Positions 1 to 12,319 are shown, counted from the first letter of the stretch. The stretch: 64,000 nucleotides of DNA from Octopus sinensis (GCF_006345805.1 NC_043007.1:3286001-3350000); one strand, 5' to 3'. Notes: a model not told the origin generated them from the sequence alone. Numbers and translations are program-made.

Positions 1-594
1 TCTTATCATATCACGATTGGTATTACTCATTAAGAGGACGCAGCAATTGGGAACAAATTATAAATACAACATACAGGGAGATGATAACGATGAAGCGACA
101 TGAATACGAATCTTGATACGTTGACCTGTCTGTCCTAACACGTCTTCATAAATGCATAAACATAAACATAGATAGATATAGATATAGATTTATATTGCTC
201 ATATATAAATACACACACACACACACGTGTGTGTGTATGTTTGTGTGCGTATGCATATATGTACAGCACCAACAGTCGCCAGTAGATTCTCTCACATATA
301 TATATATGTGTGTGTGTGTATGTGTGTATACACGTATATATATACGTATATATATACGCATATATAATACAATATATATACGTACATATATATATATGTA
401 TGTATATATATATATATATAAGGAAACCAGACAGAGATGATTACATATTAGTAACACTATATATTACGCCGGAGTTTATTATTGCGCATCCATTACGTAA
501 TCATATATTGGTTTCTCCGCCGACAGAGAATCAGTAAATATGTTAAACGAGGAAATTCAATGTTATCGATTACTTGTAGTAGGGTAGTACATAT

Positions 595-690
595 TCTATC
601 GATCCTGAGAAGATGATAAGAGGCAAAGTTGAATCGGTTGGATTTCAAATCAGGACGTACAGGCAAGTTATTAAATATGGCAGACTTCAA
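595..690 (-). mobile_element. Old diverged family A SINE fragment
   Basis: gatcctgagaagatgataagaggcaaagttgaatcggttggatttcaaatcaggacgtac aligns loosely to gaccccgagaggatgaaaggcaaagtcgacctcggcggaatatgaactcagaacgtag of the young copy at 60411-60641. Confidence 0.6.
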
Positions 691-1734
691 TCAGACACTC
701 TACCGGTTTTTACAAATCCAACATCGTTTTATGAATTTATATTACGACAGAGATACACTTTTGCTATGGACATAAACTTTGTAATAATAAACCATTTAGT
801 AAATATGTTGTATTGCCATTAATATGGAAGCATCTCTCTCTCTCTCTCTTTCTTTCATTTTCTATACAAATATGTGTGTTTGCATATATGTTTGCGAGTG
901 CGTTTGTATCATTCTATGTAGATATACAGATATGTGTGTGCGTGCACGTACATATGATATAGAGTATTTGCGACTTGCACTGCATTCTGGTCATTTGTGA
1001 AGTTATATACGATGCATAAATATAGCAATGTAGTACACATGGTTATATATGAGACTGGAGACAATATAATCTGGTATAATGTACTCTGTGTCCAGGAAAT
1101 TCTATGAGAAACAACACTTACACATACACACAAACACACATACACAGTTGCAGGGACACTGATATTTTATAGTCTGTCACCGAAATAAGGGAAGAATTAT
1201 CAACATAATGTATAGAGTAGAATGCTTTGTTAAACTGGATTCATTTTCTCGTAACTGTTCAACATCCTTGCAATCAGTAGACGTTCTCCATTTTGCTCCT
1301 GAGGTTCATTTTTATATACAGGTTGAAATGATTTCATTCTTTTGCGTGGTTCAGTCTTTTACATGAGCCAGTTCCTTATTTGTGATTTAGAGTAGCTTAT
1401 GTTTACTATTCATCTGTTTTTCTCTTTTCATTGGTCGACTTCACATTTATTTCCAGATTGTCACTTACTTTTCACTCATGTCTTTTCACACGTGACATAT
1501 TTACAGAGTGTAAGGGTAGAATTGAATGCGACTGGAGTTAAGCTCACAAGAGTTCGACAAAAAACGTTTTGAGAAATGCTGAAAATGAATCTGACATCTA
1601 ATTGTACGTACGTATTATTTTTTGCCATCAGACGTAATATTATTCTTTTATATGTTGCAGCCCTGAGACTGTGGCCATGCTGGAACACTGCCAGTGCATT
1701 ACTTCAACATTATGTTATATATAAGTGGGTCTTT

Positions 1735-1940
1735 TTGTCTGTGTTTCTTTGCCACTACTAGTTGACAGACGGCGTTGGTTTGTTTACGACCCCGTACACT
1801 AGCGTTTTAGCTTAGGAAGCCGATAAAATATCAGGCTTTAGAAAAGGACTGGGATTGTTTCGTTCGACTAAAACTCTTCAAGGCGGTGCCACAGCATGGC
1901 CGCAGTTCAATGACTGAAACAAGTGAAAGATAAAAGATAG
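1735..1940 (+). mobile_element. Family B SINE, 3' half (diverged)
   Basis: Ends in aggcggtgccacagcatggccgcagttcaatgactgaaacaagtgaaagataaaagata, matching the B tail at 40690-40746 and 47815-47867. Confidence 0.8.
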
Positions 1941-2655
1941 ATGCCGAGACAAAAGGAAACAGCGACAGAGTTCAAAGTAGAGAAATACATCTTCAGTTTA
2001 ATATCTTCTGCAACGATCTGAAGAAAGTTTAAAATATTTATTTTCCGATAAAATAGGAAATAAACGTTGTGTGAAATGACAATAAAGTCTCTGAGATGAG
2101 AAAGAAATGTCGTATATAATTGTCTAAGGAAGAAAGTTTCTGCTGCCTGCATTCCACCACCATTCATTCTATATGCAGTGAACCAATCGCATCTAGATGA
2201 CATGAAGTTTTAGAATTGTCTACGGGGTAAGATCTCTTCATAAACTTATGTTAAGAATATTATATAAAAGAGAGCGGGAGAAACATCGTCACAGCAGACT
2301 TACTAGGAAGGTAGACGCGTTTCCCCTTTGCTGAGATATCTTAAAGAATGTTGTTTTTCACAGGTTCCTAAATAAAAAATCAAAGCACGAATTTTATTTA
2401 ATAAGGTTATGATCGAATATTGAAAATCTTCCACAAAGGCGAAACGCATCCGTCGCTCTCCTAAGTCACCGTTACGACGACGATGGCCTTCTCCTCTCTA
2501 ATCGATATGTATTTTGCATTAATACAGTAATTGTAAGAAGTGATTTAATCGCAGGCAAGTCCACAGTTTTGTGGTTTCAAAGAGGGTGATCAAACACGGA
2601 TAAACGGATATATACATATAGTTTGTGTGTGTGTGTGTACAAATATCGTATGTTG

Positions 2656-2861
2656 CGAATAACAAGGTAGTCAGAATGTTGGATGATTATACACATTTTT
2701 ATTTACATTTTTAGCGCTTTCTTCCGTTATCGGATGTATCAAAAAAGTGGTTTTGTGATAAACCACTTTTTTGATAAATCTAGTAACATAAGAAAGTGCT
2801 AAAAAATGTAAATAAAAATATATATATACTCATCCAATATTCTGACTACCTCATTATTCTC
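2656..2861. repeat. Imperfect fold-back inverted repeat, arms about 90-100 bp
   Basis: ggtagtcagaatgttggatga (2666) pairs with tcatccaatattctgactacc (to 2850); centre aaaaaagtggttt-tgtgat-aaaccactttttt. Confidence 0.85.
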
Positions 2862-2871
2862 AATACACAGG

Positions 2872-2928
<57 letters not shown>

Positions 2929-3080
2929 TTAGGATGCATGACCACTAAGTGGACATCCATATGCTAGAAGTCGACCCCCTATGGCCTTACCACTAAGAAA
3001 GGAATGTTCTCAAGAAAATTTAGCAAACGCCAGAAGGTAAACGAGGAAGACAAATGAAACGATACAAAATATACAGATTA

Positions 3081-3151
3081 ATCACAAACCAGTTTCGTTG
3101 TTATCACATATGTAGTCACTTAGGTAGACGTCTGCAACTCGTGAGGGTGAT
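3081..3151 (-). ncRNA. Decayed type I hammerhead-like motif (PLE-type)
   Basis: Minus strand: atcacc CTCACGA GTTG..(34 nt)..CAAC GAAAC tg GTT tgtgat; G5 mutated and first stem I pair mismatched. Confidence 0.5.
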
Positions 3152-4195
3152 CGTCATAGCAAAATATAATTTGCAGAACTATACACGGGACGTCCGCTTG
3201 AGAATGAACATGTATATATTTCTACCAATTACATTTGGGGTTATATTTCAAAAGTCATCGTTTTGGCGCGCCAAAATACCGGAAATAATTCTGCAGAAGA
3301 TAATTCCCTGCAGTGTATTTTGCCGGTTAGAGAACATAGTTATTTAAATTTAAAGTAATAAAGGTGAAAAAATTAATATTAATTTGATTAATAGTCCACT
3401 TAGCGGTAATCCCTCTTATATGTATGTAATATAATTTTTCTGAATATATATATATATATACATACATTGAAGTTGTCCCGCGGAATAAAGAAATTATTAA
3501 AATTTGTTATAGCCTTACACGTGGAACATTTCTATTATTTGATGTAGTTGATCTACATCTTTGTCTCATTTAGCAGATTTGTAATCAACGTTATAGCATC
3601 GCTAATTATCCCTTATTCTAATTTTGGAATATTATCATAGTATACTCCGAACTACCACGGTTTAGAATTGTTGAGAGGTAAATAGGATTCCTCAGAATTT
3701 TGACGCATAATCTTATTGTTCCTATCCATAGCTGCAACACTTTCCAATTTTCCTTGATAAATATTTCTAGTGACTGAAAAAAATATTGGTTTTTAAAATA
3801 AAAATGAAAATAAAATGATTATTACAAGCATCGATTGTTCGAGAACTATCAGTTATATCGTATTAGTATCTTAATCTTGGAAAATAGCTAATTCTGGCCA
3901 AATACTATTTTGTGTAGATTCAATAAATGTCAAGGAAAAATATTGGATATTTCAATGAGACTGGAAAGAATTATATTGATGAGAATAATTTGTTTCATTT
4001 GTGAAGTCTTATTAAAGTTTATTAAACACCGGGTAATAAAAACCATAGAATTCAATTATGTGAAATATATAAATTGATGCAACCCAGAAAATTAGTCTGT
4101 CAGACATAACGGTTTTTGCAACTCTTCAAAATTTCCTCAAACTCAACAATATTGACGAGAACGTTCCAACCATGACAATTGTGATAAGAATAATG

Positions 4196-4246
<51 letters not shown>

Positions 4247-4361
4247 TTGTTGTATTTAGGGATGGGTCATGTTGCCAGTTTAGCCAATAAAAACACACGC
4301 ACTATATATTTGGTGTTAATTTGCTTCAGCTTTATTTTATTTTTTACAATAATCTTATTTC

Positions 4362-4405
4362 GGCCAGAGTTCTTTCGTCACACTCCTGTGACCCCATCAG
4401 TGGTC
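4362..4405 (-). ncRNA. Type I hammerhead motif, A9G variant
   Basis: gacca CTGATGG g GTCAC aggagt GTGAC GAAA g aa c TC tggcc. Confidence 0.65.
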
Positions 4406-4437
4406 CTTTGCTTCTTTCTTTCTTATCGCAGAAAATA

Positions 4438-4470
4438 GACCACTGATGAGATGACGAAAGAACTCTGGCC
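4438..4470 (+). ncRNA. Type I hammerhead motif with intact core and collapsed stem II
   Basis: gacca CTGATGA G atga C GAAA g aa c TC tggcc. Confidence 0.65.
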
Positions 4471-4636
4471 GAAATAAGATTAATGTAAAAAAATAAAATA
4501 AAGCAAATTAACACAAAATATATAGTGCGTGTGTTTTTATTGGTTAAACTGGCAACATGGCCATCCCTAAATACAACAATATCTGTTTCAACACATGATT
4601 TCGCATCAAGAATCTTGCAAACAAATATATAAACGT

Positions 4637-4643
4637 AATAATA

Positions 4644-4674
<31 letters not shown>

Positions 4675-4751
4675 TAATAATAATAATAATAAAAATGATG
4701 ATGATGATGATGGTGATGGTGATGGTGATGGTGATGATGATGATGATGATG

Positions 4752-4797
<46 letters not shown>

Positions 4798-4860
4798 TGA
4801 TGATGATGATTGTGGTGACGGTGATGATGATGATGATGATGATGATAATAATAATAATAA
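4637..4860. repeat. Compound (AAT)n/(GAT)n/(GGT)n microsatellite
   Basis: Direct reading. Confidence 0.98.
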
Positions 4861-5004
4861 CAGAATATCCATTGCTGATCTCCTCACCATCTTTCGAATG
4901 TATTTACAGACCTGTATAATTTGGTGTATTCACCAAGCTGCCTCTCGTCCCCTACTATTCCCTTCAACCCCCAAACATTTATGATTATCTCAAGTATAAG
5001 ATTC

Positions 5005-5054
<50 letters not shown>

Positions 5055-5179
5055 TGTCTGTCTGTAGGTTAGAAATGATATGTTTATGACATTTTAAATT
5101 CTAAAGGCAAATTCATTGCAGTTACTTTAGAGGACGTTCTAAACAGAAATGAGGGTGTCAGGTGGGATGGAAGAGTCGA

Positions 5180-5292
5180 CGTAGGGGTCACAGGTGAATG
5201 ACGAAAGATTTCCAGACAGGAGATATGCGATAAAATAAGAACAATAATAAGCGAGTGAAGAACGAATATACAGTGCGTGTGTTTATTTGGAA
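5180..5292 (+). mobile_element. Diverged copy of the PLE-type repeat at 4244-4582
   Basis: ggggtcacaggtgaatgacgaaaga and atatacagtgcgtgtgtttatttgg match the arms at 4370-4400 and 4520-4545. Confidence 0.65.
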
Positions 5293-5375
5293 AGAAAAAA
5301 AATCAATGACAATCCCGGAGAATTTTCTCTTATGGTACATAAAATAGGTTTGTCAAATGATTTAACCTTTTATAA

Positions 5376-5790
5376 TTAGGTCGCCAAGTATGAAATTTGT
5401 AGAAAACCAAGTTTGCTAATATTTTATACATACAAGGAATAGTTTTATTCATCAAAGCATGCACCCATACTGTCAATACACTTTCTGCCATTTCAGTGGT
5501 AGCTTGTCCAGCCCGAAACTGTAAAAACCTGGCAATCTAGAGTCAATAAAATCTTGAAAGGTCTGTTTTACAGCATCGTCGGGATTAAATTTTCTTCCTA
5601 TCAAAAAGCTAATTCCTAAATTCTGGAAGAAGTGGTAGTCAGTGGGGGCAAGATCAGGTGAGTATGGTGGATGATGGAGAACTTCCAGCTCTAACTCCTG
5701 TAGCTTCGCCAATGTTATTTTTTTTATGTGTGGTCTGGCGTTGTCTTGCAATAAAATAGGAATGGATCTATTGTGAATATGCGGGTTAAA
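5376..5790 (-). mobile_element. Mariner transposase C-terminal fragment with its 3' terminal inverted repeat (Hsmar1/cecropia-like protein)
   Basis: NRSIPILLQDNARPH...HPPYSPDLAPTDYHFF...KWQK (ORF 5473-5751); terminus ttaggtcgccaagtatgaaatttgtag at 5376 resembles the Mos1 ITR (tcaggtgtacaagtatgaaatgtcg). Confidence 0.92.
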
Positions 5791-6214
5791 TGATTATATA
5801 ATAAAATGCCTTGAATGGAGTTAAGATTGTCAGTTTTCAAAAATATTCTGTGAAATGACATAGGTCCCCCATTCAGAAATACATTTTTAACATTGGCGGA
5901 CCGCAAGAGAAATCGATAAAAAGCTAAAACTTTGATTGAAAGAAACTTTAAAACTTATTTCAACACCAGCACCAGCACCATGCTCCTTGGTTGTCTTTAG
6001 CGTCCGGTTTCCAGTTTGGGGACAAAATTCTCCTTCCTTCCTTGCCACCAGGTACAGAGGAAAAGAGTCATGGGAAATGTTTTCTATTCTGACTAAAAGA
6101 GAAGAAGAATAAAATGAAATAAGTGCGTTTCAAAACAGTTATCCTCTTCCACTTCCCTAAATTCTAAAGGCAAATTTACTGCAAAAATGGCAGAGAAGAA
6201 AATTCTCTCTTATA

Positions 6215-6450
6215 TTAGGTCGTTAAGTATGAAATTTGTAGTAAGGTCTATGGTAAACTTAGGCAGCTGCTCATTTTGCGCCATTGTTATATTTTATCAA
6301 TCTTTATTTTTTGTTAGAAAGCTGACACATCTAATTCTTTAATGCAACTATTTTTGCGGTTTATAAAGTATTTATAATGTTTTGTTTTTTTTTGCTATTT
6401 TTGTTTACAGATGGAAAAGTCAGAAATGTGTACAGCTTTGAAATTCTATC
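6215..6450 (+). mobile_element. Mariner 5' end: terminal repeat, leader and transposase N-terminus
   Basis: TA|ttaggtcgttaagtatgaaatttgtag is the same terminus as at 5376; ATG at 6411 gives MEKSEMCTALKFY, like mariner N-termini. Confidence 0.75.
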
Positions 6451-6689
6451 CATACCATTGACAGCATAATTTATTCCGTATTATTGTTTACGAGTATTTC
6501 ATATACATACATTTCGAAACACATGGGAAAATTAATGTGAATGACCTGTCCATATTTTTAGATACCAAATTAAATATTAATGGATATTTAATTAAATAAA
6601 GGCGAACATAGATTTTCATTTAGATTTCGAGGCAGAGTTGCATTCAGGCATATATACGTATACACGCATTCATGCAAGAATATATATAT

Positions 6690-6860
6690 ATGAACAAACA
6701 CAAAAAAAACAACAAAAAAGCGAGGGCGTGGTACATGTAAAGTATTAGCAGCCGCTCAGGGAAGTAAAGAAAGATGGTTTCACGTTTCGAGCAACGCTCT
6801 TCTTCAGAAACAGAGGGAAGTCCAATAGGAAAGGAAAGACGGGGGAAGAAAATTGCCATC
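6690..6860 (-). mobile_element. Family F-related PLE-type terminal repeat with hammerhead at 6777-6811
   Basis: Minus: gttt CTGAAGA A GAGC gtt GCTC GAAAC GTG aaac; homologous to 32645-32860; the GUG triplet would not be expected to cleave. Confidence 0.8.
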
Positions 6861-7039
6861 GATTCACACGTGATTATATTTTGAAAGGAACGGAATGGAA
6901 TGGGTAAGGAAAAAGTTCTTTCTAGGACAGGAGAGTGTAAGAGAAGGAGGTATTAGTGTGTATGTGTGTGTATATGCGTGCGTGCGCGAAAGTCTGTGTG
7001 TGTATGTAATAGCATGTATGTGTGCTTATGTGTGTATGT

Positions 7040-8110
7040 GTTGTATGTATGTGGGTTTGGTTGTTTATATGTGTATGTGTGAATGAACTTTGAGTCGCTT
7101 AATGCTGTAAGAAGAATTCAGTAGGATGGTAGCAGGAGCGGGGGTGTTTTGTGTAGTTGTGTGTCTCTTTACACGTGCGTAGAGGAATGGTCAGTAGAAA
7201 GGCGTTTGACTGGCAGTTTGAAGTATGTGTGTGTACGTGTGTGTGTGTATGTATATGTTGTGTGTGTATTTTGTGTGTAGTGTGTGCATGCGTCTGTTGT
7301 GTGTGCGTCTGTGTGTGTATGTGTATGTATGTGCGTGTGTGTATGTTTATGTGGGTGGGGTTGTGTGTGTGGATTATATGTGCGTTCTTCTGTGTGTGTG
7401 TGTGTGTGTGTGTGCGTGCGTGTGTGTGCGTGTATGTGTGTGTGGAAGGTATGTGAGCTTTCAAGTGCGTGTGAGCGTGTGTATGTGTGTGCGTGAGCAT
7501 ATGTGTGTGTGCGTGTGTATGTGTGTGTGTGAACGAGGGGTTTGTGCGGAGGTATATGTGCCTTTTTATGCGTATATGCGCGCGTATGTGTGTACGTTTG
7601 TGCGTGTATGTGTGCGTGCGTGTGTGTACGTATGCGTGCTTGTGTGTGTCTGTAGATGTGTGAATGTGTATGCGCGCAAGCCAATCTATATTCATAGATA
7701 TGAAATTAAACGTCTGTAAATATTTAATTTGATACTTAAAAATATAAATATTGAATATATTTCGTTTTGGGATTTGGTTTGCAAGATTCTTTATGAGTTC
7801 ATGTGTTGAAGCATATTCTGTTGTGTCTGGGGAGAGTCATTCTTTTTTGATGCCTTATCATTTAACACACTCACATACACAACATATATATATATATATA
7901 CACACACACACATACGTACGTGCACACGCACACATATACTTCAAACTGCCAGTCAAACACCTTTCTATTGACCATTCCTCTATGCACACGTGATGAGACA
8001 CAAAACTACACAAAAAGACCCCTATTTCCTGCTACCATGCTACAGAATTCTTCCTACAACATTAAGCGACACAAAGTTCACTCACACATACACATATAAA
8101 CAGCTATGGT
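7040..8110. repeat. Diverged inverted pair (arms about 7040-7270 and 7860-8110) around a (GT)n-degenerate spacer
   Basis: gaggaatggtcagtagaaaggcgtttgactggcagtttgaagtat (7181-7226) is the near reverse complement of atacttcaaactgccagtcaaacacctttctattgaccattcctc (7936-7980). Confidence 0.85.
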
Positions 8111-8502
8111 CACACACACCACACACCCAATACATACACACATAGTCAAAACTATTGAAAAGGTTGCAAGACGCAACGAAAATTTTAGAAAAATAAAAAG
8201 AAATAAGTGGAAATTTTACTGGTGAGTGTGTTAAATTATAAGGCACGAAAAGACGAGTGTGGAGGGTGTTGTAGAAAATTCTGGAAGGGTTAGAGTGACA
8301 GAAGCAGCAGAATCGGGAAGAGGAATTGGAAGAAATTTATAAAATATTAAAATAATAATCCTTTCTAGTAAATGCACAAGGCTTGACGTTTTGGTGGATT
8401 TCAGTAACCCCAATATTCACCGAAAGGACGAAAGACGCTATAGACTTTGAGGTATTTGAATATAAGGTCGAAGAGATGCCTCTACGTTTTTTCTCCGGCG
8501 CC

Positions 8503-8828
8503 AGGAAATGCCGGTTAATTGATATGATAATGCCTACTGATAGACACATAACAGCAAAGCAATTTGAAAAACTGTCGAAATATAAGGGTCTTGAGATTGA
8601 GACATCTAGGACACGGCAATCAAAAATTAAAACCATCCCTGTTGTTGTAGGTCCTCAAAATGATGAAGAAAGCTAGAAACATTTTTTTCGACTAGATCTC
8701 TGGGAAACCAAGAGTCTGTAAAAATTCTGTTGACATCAACTGCCCAGATTTTCAGGAAGTTTCTCTCCGTCTTATATATCTTTCATCATTGCAGTATCGC
8801 CACTTTGGATCTACTCACTTTCCCACCA
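8503..8828 (+). mobile_element. R4/Dong-type RLE non-LTR retrotransposon, C-terminal fragment and 3' end
   Basis: RKCRLIDMIMPTDRHITAKQFEKLSKYKGLEIE...KTIPVVVG, then frameshifted ILLTSTAQIFRKFLS; homologous to CFLIDVS...EKLPKYKDLKIE at 46670-46760; runs into (TAT)n. Confidence 0.85.
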
Positions 8829-8845
8829 CATTATTATTGTTGTTG

Positions 8846-8939
<94 letters not shown>

Positions 8940-8946
8940 TATTATT
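8829..8946. repeat. (TAT)n microsatellite
   Basis: Direct reading. Confidence 0.98.
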
Positions 8947-9476
8947 GGGTGAGAGAGCATTACATGCCATCAAAGTGTCACTGGGGTACAAATATACGAT
9001 GCCCAGTCTACCCATCGTGACTATCCGTCTGATAAGGGTATACTAGGCACACGCATCACAACCATAAGTGCACGACATGGTGATCTCATATCAAGACAAA
9101 CAGCACATGATCTTGCAGGCGGGACCCAATTAGAATTTTCTTTAGGTCGAGTAGTCGATTCCGCTGAAGAGGGCCCTAAACAAGGTTTCTTTAAGGATGT
9201 TGGACGAAACAATCATGTTTCTGGATGTGAATTATTCAAACCCCAAAGAATTCCTCTCAACGCATGGCTCTGATGGTCCTCCACTACTTCTGCTCCTGAT
9301 CAGAGATGTATATATTGTCAACCACTGGCTAAGGTCAAACTGGTTAAGGCCAAACTACTGACAAGCAAATCTACTATTGAGCAAATATTTACTGTAGCCC
9401 GTCTTTTTATACCAAGACAAATGTTATACGTGATTAAACACTTACAATCAGTTAAGACCAGACGCCATGAGAGCCA
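8947..9476 (-). mobile_element. Probable retroposed element (SINE or LINE 3' UTR) with (AAT)n tail
   Basis: 530 bp of complex, higher-GC sequence bounded sharply by (TAT)n and (TAG)n; single copy in this window, so repetitiveness cannot be shown here. Confidence 0.45.
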
Positions 9477-9485
9477 TTATTTTTT

Positions 9486-9503
9486 GTAGTAGTAGTAGTT
9501 GTT

Positions 9504-9543
<40 letters not shown>

Positions 9544-9616
9544 CAGCAGCAGTAGCAGCAGCAGTAGTAATAGTAGTAGTAGTGGTAGTAGTAGTTGTAG
9601 TAGTAGTAGTAGTTGC

Positions 9617-9647
<31 letters not shown>

Positions 9648-9692
9648 ATGATGGTGGTCGTCGTCGTCGTCGTCCTGGTGGTCGTGGTGGTC

Positions 9693-9732
<40 letters not shown>
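9486..9732. repeat. Compound (TAG)n/(CAG)n/(GGT)n/(CGT)n microsatellite
   Basis: Direct reading. Confidence 0.98.
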
Positions 9733-10905
9733 AAAAGAAATAAATATTTAGTAGTAGTAAAGAAATTATCATTATTATTATTATTATTGTTGTTGTTTTT
9801 ATTATTATTATTATTATTATTAATTATTATTATTATTATTTGGTAGGACTATATTTTAAAATGAAATCCTCATTTATCACTCTCTCGTATTTTCTTCTTA
9901 TCCTTTTCCTTCTACGTAAATAAATATTCTGCTGCATGTTTATTCTAGTTTATTCTGTAGTAAGGAGAATTACGTTCTTGTGTGCATATACGAGTAACGA
10001 TTATGGTTATTTATACTGCAAACACCACACGTAGAACCGCTATTGTTCTGTATGTAGACTTTAAAAACACCAGACTGTACTTGATGATTATTGTTGCCGT
10101 AAGATTAGTTATTTATTTTATTAGAACGTCGTTTCCTTAAATTTATCGTAAAACCAATTTGCGGCTGTCGTGTGGCGAACCTCGAAGTCATTTAAATAAA
10201 ATCTTTTGATAAACATATTGGATGATTAATTTGAGTAAATAAAGCTAAGATAAAAGTCAATCCAAGCAAACAGTCAAACGCTTTAGCAGCCAACCGATCA
10301 CAAGACAACGGTTAGCTTTCTTTGTTATTCTAGTGTTTAAATGTTCAAAGTGTCTGAAGCTAAGAAATGAATCATGTCTTCTTTTTAGTGAATTCTAAAA
10401 CTGAACAATCAAAATAATCAAAGATGTATATTTAAGAAGAGTGCATCCGCGCAAACAACCTTCGTTACTGCACCTAATTTGTGCTTTTGTAAGCAGAAGC
10501 AGCCGAGTGTGTTTCGATATAATGACCTTAGCGCGCACTGAAAACATACAGGTGATAGATAACCACTCGACGGAAATAATCATTCAGTTGGATGTTTAAT
10601 CGCTTTTAGCAATCATTGTCTCTAAAGTATATTTTCAGGTTTATCTGAGACTAACTGTTGGATCGGAATCATTTCTCAATCTTGTTGTTGTTCTCGTTAT
10701 TGTCTGTTGTCGCTTGGCACCTGGTCGACTCTTAAGCGCCATTGCAATTTGCATCTTCCCGTCATTATCGAACACATATTTCTCTATCTTTCTCTCTCTC
10801 TTTCTCTCTCATTTTCTCTCTCTCTTTCTCTCTCATTTTCTCTCTCTTTCTCTCTCATTTTCTCTCTTTCTCTCTCTCTCTTTCTCTTTCTCTCTCTCTC
10901 TCTCT

Positions 10906-10957
<52 letters not shown>

Positions 10958-11109
10958 TCATATATATATATATATATATGTAAGAATAGTTAACGGTTGG
11001 AGTAGCCGACTGAGGGATAAAATATCGAATTTACTATCGGTATATACACATATATATATATATATATATATATGATCACGTGATTTTAACCTGCCTTGGT
11101 CTCATCAAT

Positions 11110-11345
11110 GATAAGAGTTTCTTTCACGGTGTCTACAGCAATACAGTTTTCTAACAAAACATCCACTTTTCTGTTGGAATAAAAATTATCTATCGACATA
11201 AATACTCCCCCTGTCGCTAATAGAGATATTTTAACCAACATCTCTGGATAACCGTGACACCAATGCCTGTTTTGGCAATGTTTTCTGTATATAGCTGGCG
11301 GGAAGATAAGTCGCAGCCGTCTCTGGCAGTCGAGCGTCCATTATT
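11110..11345 (-). mobile_element. Probable piggyBac-family transposase fossil
   Basis: Frameshifted minus-strand peptides STARDGCDLSSRQLYTENIAKTGIGVTVIQR and LATGGVFMSIDNFYSNRKVDVLLENCIAVDTVKE; DNFYS (11176-11190) resembles the piggyBac DN(F/W)(F/Y)TS catalytic motif in the expected context. Confidence 0.55.
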
Positions 11346-11956
11346 GACGACACCAAGGAAGATCTAAATATCGTGATCTGGTAAACAATATAAACAAGAA
11401 TTGATTTTGCATCAAAACGCTGATGTCTGAGTTTCTCTCATGGCAACTACCATAGTAATGCTTGTTCTGATAGAATAGCCGTGTTTAAGTATGGATAACT
11501 AACATCTCTCGATATTAATACTGCTTCTGTTGTTAATATAGAGATATAGAGATAGATATAAACAGAGAGAGATAGAAAGAAAGAGAAAGAGAGAGAAAGA
11601 GAAAAGAAGAGAATTGAAGGAAGACAGAAAAGAAAAAGAGGAAAATATGTTTACTTACATCATACTTACGTTTCATTGATGTTGAAAATTAATTACATAA
11701 TGCAAATACTATAATCAATTGAAACGATGACAAACTTCCCCATTGTGAGGAAGGTTGGTGAGTGCACTAGATTAACTTGACGAAGCACTTTATCATATAC
11801 ATATACGAAACCATCCCATAATATTTCTCAGATTTTTAAGTTGTATGGACGCTTATTAAAAATATATATGTACCTGATACCATGTGCGCTTGATTCCCGT
11901 TCGATCGTTTATCACTTTCATATATATATATGTGTGTGTGTGTTTGTGTGTGTGTT

Positions 11957-12019
<63 letters not shown>

Positions 12020-12319
12020 TGTGTGTGTGTGTTTGAGCACGTATATAAGTAAACTGTTTGGAGAAGATAGCTGTTTACTCGCTGATATCTCCACAGCAGA
12101 ACAATGAAACGGTTGCACTCGGCTCTCTTGCCGAACAATGAAATATCTAAACAGGCAAATCGTTTACATCTGTGTCTATATAATATATTTGCTAAACATC
12201 TAAAGGTACATTGTTGTACAATATGACTTTCAGCATGATGACTGTTAACTCAGCGGTAATTAGTAAATATGTGGATACAGAGATATACAGACAAACAGTC
12301 AAATAGCTAACTAGAGAAA

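Larger units (their letters stand above)
4244..4582. repeat. Fold-back inverted repeat (arms about 162 and 145 bp) with a hammerhead motif in each arm; PLE-type terminal repeat
   Basis: atattgttgtatttagggatgg (4244) pairs with ccatccctaaatacaacaatat (4582); spacer 4406-4437; (AAT)n on both outer sides. Confidence 0.9.

Noticed and set aside
5473-5751. Host SETMAR-like gene
   Set aside because: Only a C-terminal fragment bounded by a terminal repeat; no SET domain and no start
9161-9225. Hammerhead from CTGAAGAG...GACGAAAC
   Set aside because: No stem I pairing after any NUH and no convincing stem II
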